A DNA stretch of 64,000 nucleotides from NCBI GenBank assembly GCA_963674735.2, contig CAXXQS010000001.1, forward strand, positions 1,280,001 to 1,344,000, read 5' to 3'. Source of the DNA: Myxococcota bacterium. Its GTDB lineage: Bacteria > Myxococcota_A > SURF-8. Below, one piece after another: positions 9,840-18,821 of the stretch. The position numbers were made by a program, and so were the translations under genes. How positions within the stretch are numbered: position 1 is the stretch's first letter; every line of letters begins with the position of its first letter. The notes beneath the pieces were generated by a model. The model was not told the DNA's origin. It saw only the letters and a program-made list of their open reading frames with translations, and did not search any database.

Positions 9840-12395
9840 TTATTCTTTCGGGTCATCCACGAAGAAGCGATAGCTCATGACAACGTCGTTTCCTTCTTCC
9901 GGTCGCGCATCTCCGTAGAAAACGATGGTTTCGCTGACAGCGTCATACTCGAAGCCGTTGGATTGGCTACGAGCGATTTCGACGCCTTCCACGACCACCT
10001 GGATGGTGGAGGATATCGGATGATGCACGAGTTCGTAGCTTGACGCCGTTCCGGCTGCCGCACGCAGAATTTCTTCCATGGTTGGGGTTAAATCGGGTGA
10101 GCAGATGGAGCCGAAAACGCCTCCGGTGTGGTAAGCGATATCGATGTAAGCCGTACCGGCTTCACCCGATCCGGGTCCGGAATCCGACGACCCGGTCCCG
10201 CAACCATTGGGCGTGTCGCCCACAATGGCAAAACAGGTTGTTTGGACCGAATCATAGTAATCTCGGTAGTTTACGAGGACGTTATTCTCGCAGCTGGCGT
10301 TATTGCAGTCCTCGTATTCCTGGTCTTCCTCATCGGAGAGCCAGATGATGATTCGGGATGCATCGGACCGAAAACGCTCATTTTCAGGCAGTTGAGTATT
10401 CAACGCACGTTCGATGGCCTGATGACCTGCTTTCAAACCATATTCACTGCTGCTGCAGGGCGGGTTGTTGACATCGGATTGGAATTCGGCCATGTCGCGT
10501 GTGAAATTGTATTCGCCCAAGCGACCGGAATCAGCCGTGTAATCCGCACACATCCACGGCCACCAAGCCTCAATTAAAGGCGGACATTCGCCCAGACAAT
10601 CTGTGGATGTGACCGCGACACGGAAATCGATACCCGCAGAGGTCATGATTTGAGCAAACAGAGCTGCCGCATCGGAGACGGCCTGCTGATCTTCGTCCAT
10701 CGAGCCGGAATCATCGACAACCCAGATGAAATCGACCAGGCCTTGACCGGCTCCGGCGAAGGGATCGCAACTGTCGGTTGTGTCCCGCAGGGCATGCGAG
10801 AGAGCCGAACCATCGGTTAAGTCGGTCATGCGTAGGCGTACGGCGGGAGTGGTGGAATTATCCCACTCGGATTTGGAGGCGACTGCGAACAAGGTTAGGC
10901 TGCGATCGTCGCGAACCAGTGTTTGCATGACGATTTCGAACTGCGTGCTTGTGTCGGATGGCCCGGCCGGGAGATTGTCGATCTGGGCGGTCGTACGGTC
11001 CGACAAGATGGAAAGGGCTTTGTTGCGCAAAGCGCCTACTGTCTGGCTGGTGGTGGTCAGGCTGTAACGGCTCGTCATGGAACTGTATCCATCATAGCTT
11101 GAATAGGTTCGCCCGCGATGATTCAATCCTCCCGATGCCACCAGACCGCTTTCGAGGTCGGGGTTGTCGGCCGAAACAAGCGCCTCGGCCGTTGCAGCAG
11201 ATAGAGGGCGTACGAGAAGGAAGCCGGCCAAGGGGTGCGATGGCCACTCGAAAGCGGCCGCGTGCAGAATTTCTTGGGGCGCGGGATTCATGCCGAGAAG
11301 AGCGTGTGAAAAGTCGGGGAGTAGAGCCAACGTATAATCCGCATCGAAATTCTCATACAGAACGATGTCGGTAATCTGATCTTCAAGACAAATCTGACTG
11401 ACGCTTTCCTCATTGTCGGGGATTTGATCGCCGTCCGAATCGACCATGGTAGGATCGGTTTCGCCCAGTAACGGTTCATAGATACCGTTGTGGTTTTTAT
11501 CCTCGATCCCATCGGGCAGGGTGTCGTCATCGGTGTCGCGATCGAGCGGGTCGGAATTGCCGTTGGTGTAACCGCCCGATAATTCGTCTCCATCGATCAC
11601 ACCGTCTTCGTCGGTATCGGGATTGAGCGGATCGGTTTCACCGGGATCCAGTTCTCCGTTTTGATTGTCGTCTTCCACTCCATCGGGTAGCTTGTCGAAA
11701 TCCGAGTCTGAGTTCAGCGGATCGGTTTCGTTGAACTGCAGTGTACCATCGTGGTTTTGGTCTTCCGTTCCATCCAGGAGGCCATCTTCATCGGTGTCGG
11801 GGTTGTGCAGGTCGGTTTCTCCCGGATCCCATACGCCGTTCCCGTTCCGGTCTTCAACCGGGTCGGGTAATCCATCTTCATCACTATCCGGTGGGAGTTC
11901 GAATTCGCCATCGAGATTGAAATCTCCATCAAAATCGCCGTCTGAGACATCCCCGTCTGCTCCATCACCATCAGGGATGTCTCCATCCACATTGTCTCCG
12001 TCGGGGGTATCGCCGTCCGGGTCATCACCATCCGGGGTGTCGCCGTCTGTAGGCTCATTGGAAGGCCAGCATTGGCCGACGACATCGCAATAATAGCCAG
12101 TCGGGCAATCCGCGTTGGATGTGCATGTGTCGGGCTCATCATCAAGAATCACACAGCGATAGCCGATGCAGGTGTAGCCGGATTGGCAGTCATCGGCGCT
12201 GTCACACTCGACGGTAATGCACTGTCCTTGACTATTGCAGGCTAGTCCAGGATCGCAGTCCATATCGCTTTCACAAGCCGCTCCGAGCTCTCCGCTGGGA
12301 GTTTGGCTGGAGGAGCAGGCAGCCAATACGAACAACGAAAAAATCAGAGCACAGCGCCATAAATGGCGGAACGAAACATGACAACATCTAATCAT
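9840..12395 (-). CDS. Surface lipoprotein: Cys-rich modules, DGD linker, Ca-binding TSP3-like repeats, C-terminal VWA domain (CglB-like architecture)
   Basis: Lipobox LAAC; CxxDxDC modules; PDGD repeats; DTDEDGLLDGTE-type repeats; VWA MIDAS VDFIWVVDDSGSM. Confidence 0.8.
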   Translation of the reverse strand: MIRCCHVSFRHLWRCALIFSLFVLAACSSSQTPSGELGAACESDMDCDPGLACNSQGQCITVECDSADDCQSGYTCIGYRCVILDDEPDTCTSNADCPTGYYCDVVGQCWPSNEPTDGDTPDGDDPDGDTPDGDNVDGDIPDGDGADGDVSDGDFDGDFNLDGEFELPPDSDEDGLPDPVEDRNGNGVWDPGETDLHNPDTDEDGLLDGTEDQNHDGTLQFNETDPLNSDSDFDKLPDGVEDDNQNGELDPGETDPLNPDTDEDGVIDGDELSGGYTNGNSDPLDRDTDDDTLPDGIEDKNHNGIYEPLLGETDPTMVDSDGDQIPDNEESVSQICLEDQITDIVLYENFDADYTLALLPDFSHALLGMNPAPQEILHAAAFEWPSHPLAGFLLVRPLSAATAEALVSADNPDLESGLVASGGLNHRGRTYSSYDGYSSMTSRYSLTTTSQTVGALRNKALSILSDRTTAQIDNLPAGPSDTSTQFEIVMQTLVRDDRSLTLFAVASKSEWDNSTTPAVRLRMTDLTDGSALSHALRDTTDSCDPFAGAGQGLVDFIWVVDDSGSMDEDQQAVSDAAALFAQIMTSAGIDFRVAVTSTDCLGECPPLIEAWWPWMCADYTADSGRLGEYNFTRDMAEFQSDVNNPPCSSSEYGLKAGHQAIERALNTQLPENERFRSDASRIIIWLSDEEDQEYEDCNNASCENNVLVNYRDYYDSVQTTCFAIVGDTPNGCGTGSSDSGPGSGEAGTAYIDIAYHTGGVFGSICSPDLTPTMEEILRAAAGTASSYELVHHPISSTIQVVVEGVEIARSQSNGFEYDAVSETIVFYGDARPEEGNDVVMSYRFFVDDPKE

Positions 12396-12520
12396 TGGGC
12401 ACCTCGTGACGGAGGACGCAAAGTCTGCGTACTTCTTGGTAATGATCCTTTGCTTAACCTTAATGTTATAGTTACTGTAGAAAATTGCAAGGTTAAAGAG
12501 CGGTAGGACACAAGAATTCC

Positions 12521-12548
12521 TTGACAGGCTGCATATAGCCGATATGAT
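12521..12548 (+). promoter_or_regulatory. Putative sigma70 promoter for the Kelch lipoprotein
   Basis: TTGACA (12521-12526), 16 nt, TATGAT (12543-12548). Confidence 0.45.
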
Positions 12549-12591
12549 TAGCTATCTTTCACTTTGCAAATGCCTTTCGGCGAGGACGACC

Positions 12592-14414
12592 ATGAAATGC
12601 ATTAAAGGGGTTCTGGTGCTGACAATTCTGCTGTTTATCACCACCGCGTGTGGGGATGGCAGCGACTATGCGGATGATGTCGCTCAACCGTCTATCGGCT
12701 TGAAATTCCTTATGGAAACCGATAGCGGTGGTTGCCCTGTTTCACAGCAGGAAACCAGTAATTCGCAATACGCGGAAGATTCTCTGCCCGCCAATATCCA
12801 GCGCCTCAAGTTTAGGTTGTACGCCCAGGATGGAACCGTTTTGCTTCCGGCCGAAGGTGGCAGTGATCCGTTGGCTGGTGATGTGATGGTTCAATCGGAT
12901 TGCGAATCCGATCCCTACCATTGCGTAACCCCGGGAGCTCAGGGCTTCAAACTTTTCGATATCCCAACCGGGCAGAATATGGTTCTGGAAGTGAAAGCCT
13001 ATGACTCCCGCGATCTCGACACCGACGAGCATCTGATCTGGGAAGGTAGCAACTACAACGTCGATGTCGTGCAGGAACAAACCGATGCAAACGCCGAAGC
13101 CGTTGCCGTGGATATCTATATGCGTCGTGTAGGGAAAATGACCTTTGCTTTCGGCTGCATGGAAACGGAACGTATGCTGCATACGGCCACCGTCCTGCGT
13201 GACGGAATGCATGTTTTGATCACAGGCGGCGTGCCGGTGATACGTGAAGAGGCCTGTTCACCCGAAGAATTTGGAGAAAATCGGGAGTGCGATCTGCTGG
13301 TTGCGACCAAGCAGGTGGTTATGTTCAACATGGAAACCGGTGATTTCACGGTTATGCAACCACTGACGCTTAAGCGAGCCGGTCATCAAGCGGTCTTGTT
13401 GGTGGACGGCCGTGTTTTGATTATGGGTGGTGCGGCGCAAGTTCAGCTGTTGCACAATGGTGATGGACAAGCTTACATGCAAGCCGACATCGATCAGGTC
13501 CATGCGAACGCCGTCCTTTACAATCCCGATGGCTTTGGATCGGTTGAACCCATCGACATTCCCATGAATCAGCGACGGGCATTCATGACCGTTACCCCCA
13601 TTGACAACGATCCGCCTGATGCTACGCGCTTCTTGGTGGCTGGTGGCTGGGAGACGGAGGGCGTCTCTCAACTTTCGAGATGCTCAGCTTCGATCCGCAT
13701 GCCGGCCAATCCATCCCTGAATTCAAGCTGTTGAGCAGTGTACAAATGAAAGCTCCTCGCAGTTCGCACACGGCTACCCGCGTGCGTTCCGGTCACGTGC
13801 TGTTGTACGGAGGAACGGCCCCCGGCGAGCCTGTGGCGGAAATCTTTACCTCTGAATTGGTCGGCAGTGAGATTCCGACCGAGTTTGACGGATATGAAAA
13901 CTGGCCGAATATGTACAACCATGCGGCCGTGGCCTATCCGGACGGGGAGAAAGCGCTGATAACCGGAGGCATGCAGAAAACAGCCGATGGTTCCGCTGAA
14001 AAACTGGGGGAGCCCTTGGCTACGGCGCTGTTGATCGATTTTTCCACGAGTACCGCCCAGATATTCCAGATGAAAAATGCGCGGGCGTTCCACCAAATGG
14101 CGATTCTTCCAAACGGCCTGCCCGCCGTGTTTGGGGGTGCCAATAGTGTCAAACTGCGTGAAGGCGTCAGTGTTGTTGAGATGTTTACCGGGGCAAGCTT
14201 TGCTTTCGTTACCGATAACAACGGGGAAAACGTCCAGCTTGGATTGATTCCGGGCAACCAACTTCCCTTGGCAAGAATGGGACACACTTTGAACACGCTT
14301 CGAGATGGTTCGATCCTGCTTGTTGGCGGTTCCAATCCATCACCCATTGCCACGAATCCACGCAACAAGGAAATCCTACGTTCGGCGGAGGTGCTTTTTC
14401 CGCTGCCACAATAA
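12592..14414 (+). pseudogene. Kelch-repeat beta-propeller lipoprotein split by a 1-nt frameshift at ~13650 (pseudogene or sequencing error)
   Basis: Lipobox TTAC; Kelch repeats (RMLHTATVLRDGMHVLITGG, RAGHQAVLLVDGRVLIMGG, RSSHTATRVRSGHVLLYGG, RMGHTLNTLRDGSILLVGG) span ORFs 12544-13734 and 13680-14414. One extra G in GGG 13649-13651 joins them as AGGWGDGGRLSTFEMLSFD. Confidence 0.8.
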
Positions 14415-14432
14415 AGTAGATCTAAAATAAAC

Positions 14433-14461
14433 AAAACGGGGCCACACGGTCCCGTTTTTTT
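14433..14461 (+). terminator. Intrinsic terminator
   Basis: aaaaCGGGgcc-acac-ggtCCCGttttttt. Confidence 0.8.
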
Positions 14462-14982
14462 GTGCTTGGGTGCCGAAAACTCGATCAGTCCCAATATATA
14501 GTAAGCAGATGCAAGCCCAAATTGCGTTGCTTTTTTCACAAGCTCAAACAAGAGGTTGAATGAATCGATAGAAATTCGCATAAGCTCCGATGCTTTTCTT
14601 TCCTTGACAATACGAGAGAGAAGGTTTACAAAGGCGGCGGCGATGAAATGCACGTTTGCATTCCGTGACAATAAGGATGTTCCGACCTCCCTTTCTGGCT
14701 TGGTAAAAGCCACGAATCCTATTCCAATCCGCCGATGACGGCGTAAAGGATTCTAGCCGCGCACAGTTCGTGTCGCAGCGAATGCAGAGCATTCGCAACT
14801 TCTTGGCAGGCGAAGCAGCCTTATTTATCGAACACACATCGATTCGCAGCTTGACGGCTCGCGTTGTCCGTCTAAGCCGCGTACCCGTATCTGCAGTTGG
14901 TTGCGCCGCCAAGACCTTGCAGTCGGTGCGCCGGAGCTTGTTGCTCCGGTATTATCTTCTAGCGACGCCAGGAAAGACGACG

Positions 14983-16656
14983 ATGACCACCTTTCACGAC
15001 CTTGGTTTGAAGCCGGAATTGCTTGAGGCTCTTGACAAATTAGCCTTTGAGACTCCAACTCCGATTCAGGAAAAAGCCATTCCGGAATTGCTTTCCAGCA
15101 AACGCGATTTTGTCGGCCTCGCCCAAACAGGCACAGGAAAAACTGGGGCTTTCGGTCTTCCCATGTTGCAAACACTCGATCCCGCTATTCGGCAACCGCA
15201 GGGTCTGGTTATTTGTCCAACACGTGAACTATGCCTGCAAATCACCGAAGACATGAAGAAATTCTCTCGTTATATCGGGGGTGTTCGTATCACTGCCGTC
15301 TACGGAGGGGCGAGTATTTACGATCAAATGAAGAGCCTCAAATATGGGTCTCAAATTGTCGCGGCGACCCCCGGACGACTTTGCGATCTGATCAGGCGTG
15401 GCGCGATCAATTTGGAATGTGTTTCCCATGTAGTGTTAGATGAGGCGGACGAAATGCTGAACATGGGATTCCAAGAAGATATCAACAGCATCCTCGAAAC
15501 GATTCAGGATGAAGCCAATACGTGGCTTTTTTCGGCCACGATGCCGCGCGGAGTGGCCAGTATTGCTAAAAAATATTTGGAAAATCCGGTGGAAGTCACC
15601 ATCGGTAGCCGAAATACCGGGGCTGAAAACATCGTACACTCCTGTATGGTGGTTCAGGAAAGGGATCGCTATCAAGCTTTACGCCGCGTACTCGATTCCA
15701 TTCCAAATATCTTCAGCCTGGTTTTTTGTCGCACTCGCCGTGATACGCAAATGGTGGCGGATATGCTGATGAAAGACGGTTATCAGACGGATGCACTACA
15801 CGGTGATCTCTCGCAGGCTCAACGTGATCATGTGATGAGCAAGTTCAGAAATCGGCGTATTCGTATTCTGGTCGCAACCGACGTAGCTGCTCGTGGGCTC
15901 GATGTCGATGATATCACACATGTAATCAACTACGCATTGCCGGATGAGCCCATGGCCTACACCCACCGTAGCGGAAGAACCGGTCGCGCCGGAAAATCCG
16001 GCTATTCGATTGCGCTGATCAATCCGCGCGAACGCTATCGTATCAACGATCTTGAAAGGCGCGGCAAGATTCGCTTCCAGTTCGACCGAGTCCCGGACGG
16101 AAAAAGTATCTGTAAAAACCAGCTCTACGCTTATGTCGAGGATATGATCAGTACGGAAGTCAAACAAGAAGATATTCACGAATACCTGCCACATGTCAGC
16201 AAGCTGTTGGACGGTTATGAAAAAGAACAGCTGATTGAATTGTTGATCTCACGCAGATTCAGCCACTTGCTGAAGAGTTACCGCTATGCGAAAGACATCA
16301 ATGCCAGTGCGAACAGAAAAGAAAAATCGCAAAGTAGAGGCTCCTCTTCGCGGCCTTATTCAAGAGACAACGACAGCCATTTCAACCGACGGGGTCCTCG
16401 ATTGTCGCAGCGCTTCTTTATCAGCATTGGTCGCATCGACCGCGTTAAGGAAGGCGCAATCGTGCGTTTACTCTGCGATAGTGCCGGCATCAGCTCCAAG
16501 GTCATTGGCGCGATTGACATGAAACGCGAATATTCATTCTTTGAAGTCGACAAGAAGGTTGCGGATAAGGTTGATAAGGGGCTAAAAAATGCCACTTTCG
16601 ACGGTAAACCAGTGAAATTACACCCGGCTGACTCGAAAACCAGAAGCTACAGATAG
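14983..16656 (+). CDS. deaD: DEAD-box RNA helicase with C-terminal DbpA RNA-binding domain (DeaD/CshA-like)
   Basis: Q motif PTPIQ, AQTGTGKT, PTREL, TPGRL, DEAD, SAT, ARGLD, HRSGRTGRAG, and a DbpA-like C-terminus. Start moved to ATG 14983. Confidence 0.9.
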   Translation: MTTFHDLGLKPELLEALDKLAFETPTPIQEKAIPELLSSKRDFVGLAQTGTGKTGAFGLPMLQTLDPAIRQPQGLVICPTRELCLQITEDMKKFSRYIGGVRITAVYGGASIYDQMKSLKYGSQIVAATPGRLCDLIRRGAINLECVSHVVLDEADEMLNMGFQEDINSILETIQDEANTWLFSATMPRGVASIAKKYLENPVEVTIGSRNTGAENIVHSCMVVQERDRYQALRRVLDSIPNIFSLVFCRTRRDTQMVADMLMKDGYQTDALHGDLSQAQRDHVMSKFRNRRIRILVATDVAARGLDVDDITHVINYALPDEPMAYTHRSGRTGRAGKSGYSIALINPRERYRINDLERRGKIRFQFDRVPDGKSICKNQLYAYVEDMISTEVKQEDIHEYLPHVSKLLDGYEKEQLIELLISRRFSHLLKSYRYAKDINASANRKEKSQSRGSSSRPYSRDNDSHFNRRGPRLSQRFFISIGRIDRVKEGAIVRLLCDSAGISSKVIGAIDMKREYSFFEVDKKVADKVDKGLKNATFDGKPVKLHPADSKTRSYR

Positions 16657-16718
16657 AAAGTCGTACGTTCTGCGCCGCTGATTCTCTTGCAAGCTCAAGT
16701 CCCGGAGGAAATTCCTGA

Positions 16719-18542
16719 ATGACTCACCTGCTGAGCCTGAACCAGGTTGCGATGTCGTATGGTTTGAAGCTTCTATTTGAAGAGATCTCTTTTCACGTAC
16801 ACGAAGGAGATCGTATCGGCATAATCGGAGCAAACGGGATTGGGAAGAGCACGCTATTCAAGCTGATGACGGGTGAAGAGAAGCCGGATGAAGGAAGTGT
16901 TTCAAGAGGCCGAGATCTGACTATCGGTCTTGTTCCGCAAACACCCGATTATTCAACTGATAAATCGATCGAAGCGGTTGTTCTCGATCATCTGACTCTT
17001 GCGGATTCGATGAATCGGTTGAATGAAACCGAGCGGCAGGTTCAGGTTGCCACGATCCTGGATAAACTTGGGTTTGTTGATCCCTCAAAGCGTATTGAGG
17101 AATTATCCGGCGGCTGGGTAAAGCGGGTCGCGCTGGCAGCGGCGATGGTGACTGATCCTGAATTGCTGTTGTTGGATGAGCCTACAAATCACCTGGATAT
17201 CGGCGGAATCTTTTGGCTCGAGCGCCAAATAAATGCCAGTCGTAGCGCATGTGTGGTCATCAGCCATGATCGTGCGTTTTTAGAAACCTGCTGTAACAAA
17301 ATCGTGGAGTTGAATCGCCGTTATCCCAAAGGCGTTTTGGCCGTCGAGGGTGGATATAGTCGTTTTTTGGAGCGACGTGCCGAGTTTCTGGTCGCCAGTG
17401 AGAAGACCTATTTATCGTTGCAGAATAAAGTGCGTAACGAAATCGAATGGTTGAAGCGTGGACCCAAGGCGCGGACCTCGAAGGATAAAGGCCGCATCGA
17501 TCAAGCCCATCGCATGATCGACGAGCTATCCGAGATGAAAACGAAAGCTCGCTCGGAGCATACCGAAATCGATTTCAGTGCTAGTGGGCGGCGTACCAAG
17601 CGCTTGCTCGTTGCCGGCGGATTGTCGAAAAGCTATCGTGATCGTCGACTTTTCGAAGATTTGGATCTCTTGTTAAAACCGGGGCATCGTATCGGGCTTG
17701 TGGGTGAGAATGGAAGTGGGAAGTCGACACTTTTAAAGGTTTTAGCCAGGCAAGTTATGCCGGATAGTGGCGAAATCAAGCAGGCAGACAACTTACAGCT
17801 TGTTTACTTTGACCAGCAGCGGGAAACTCTGAATCCGGAAATGACGCTTGGAAAATCGTTGTGCGAAGAGGGTGACTGTGTCAATTATCAAGGACGTTCG
17901 GTTCATGTTGCAGGGTGGGCTCGGAAATTCGGTTTTCAAGCACATCAGTTGGAAACTCCGCTGGGACGTCTATCCGGTGGAGAACAAGCCAAGGTGCAGA
18001 TCGCACGTTTGATGCTTAGACCTGCCGATGTCCTATTTCTGGATGAACCGACCAACGATCTCGACTTGCCCACATTGGAGATGCTGGAAGAGAATCTGTG
18101 CGAGTTTCCCGGTGCGATTGTGCTGGTAACCCATGATCGCTATATGCTGGATCAATTATCGACTGTTATGCTGGGACTGGACGGGAAGGGCGGTCATGTT
18201 TGGGTTTCGAACTATGCGCAATGGCAGGAACACCTATCTAAGCAAACAGAGAGCGAAAGCGAACCACGCAAATCCACAAATAGAAAGCGTGAACGAAACA
18301 ACCGGCCACGTGGTTTATCGTATCTGGAAAAAAGAGAATATGAGGGTTTGGAAACAGCCATCTTGGAGATGGAAGAAGAAATGAACGCGGCTGAAACCCG
18401 TCTGTCTGACCCCGCAATCGCCACCGACCAAGCGGAATTGGAAAAAGCCTACGAACATTTTAAGTCTTGCAAAAGTCGGGTTACGGAACTCTACGATCGC
18501 TGGGAATATCTGGAAAACAAACTAATTATTGCAAACGAATAA
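16719..18542 (+). CDS. uup: ABC-F family ATPase, Uup-like
   Basis: Two ABC cassettes (GANGIGKS/LSGG/LLDEPTNHLD and GENGSGKS/LSGGE/LDEPTNDLD), WLKRGPKARTSK linker, C-terminal LSYLEKREY coiled domain. Confidence 0.88.
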   Translation: MTHLLSLNQVAMSYGLKLLFEEISFHVHEGDRIGIIGANGIGKSTLFKLMTGEEKPDEGSVSRGRDLTIGLVPQTPDYSTDKSIEAVVLDHLTLADSMNRLNETERQVQVATILDKLGFVDPSKRIEELSGGWVKRVALAAAMVTDPELLLLDEPTNHLDIGGIFWLERQINASRSACVVISHDRAFLETCCNKIVELNRRYPKGVLAVEGGYSRFLERRAEFLVASEKTYLSLQNKVRNEIEWLKRGPKARTSKDKGRIDQAHRMIDELSEMKTKARSEHTEIDFSASGRRTKRLLVAGGLSKSYRDRRLFEDLDLLLKPGHRIGLVGENGSGKSTLLKVLARQVMPDSGEIKQADNLQLVYFDQQRETLNPEMTLGKSLCEEGDCVNYQGRSVHVAGWARKFGFQAHQLETPLGRLSGGEQAKVQIARLMLRPADVLFLDEPTNDLDLPTLEMLEENLCEFPGAIVLVTHDRYMLDQLSTVMLGLDGKGGHVWVSNYAQWQEHLSKQTESESEPRKSTNRKRERNNRPRGLSYLEKREYEGLETAILEMEEEMNAAETRLSDPAIATDQAELEKAYEHFKSCKSRVTELYDRWEYLENKLIIANE

Positions 18543-18767
18543 GGCCAACCTCCGCGTTTTAGCTTCCACAATCTGACGCAGTCACCGCGCACGGACTTTA
18601 TATCACAAGCTTATCGTGAACCGTATCCTTCGCGGTTTCAGCAGGATCTTCCTGCTATACGCCAATTACATGACTCCTCTTCTATATCGGAACCAGCTTC
18701 CGTTACAGCTGTTCTTGATCCATCCGCAGTCGCTGACGTCTGAGCTAAGGAGCCCAGAACCGTTACG

Positions 18768-18801
18768 AAAAAAGGCCGGGAGAACGAATTCTCCCGGCCT
18801 T
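18768..18801 (-). terminator. Intrinsic terminator of the metalloprotease gene
   Basis: aaaaaaGGCCGGGAGAA-cgaa-TTCTCCCGGCCtt. Confidence 0.85.
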
Positions 18802-18821
18802 GTAGAAAGCGGATCAGAGAC

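Noticed and set aside
11900-12050. DGD tract as a DNA-level VNTR or contingency locus
   Set aside because: Synonymous codons differ between units; the repeat is conserved in protein, not as an exact DNA tandem.
13649-13651. Programmed frameshift or phase variation in the Kelch gene
   Set aside because: No slippery heptamer or long homopolymer; error or recent mutation is simpler.
14770-14982. 71-aa N-terminal extension of the helicase (likewise the ORF-track starts at 3858, 8123, 12544, 25866, 47749)
   Set aside because: Family homology and RBS or promoter positions point to downstream starts.
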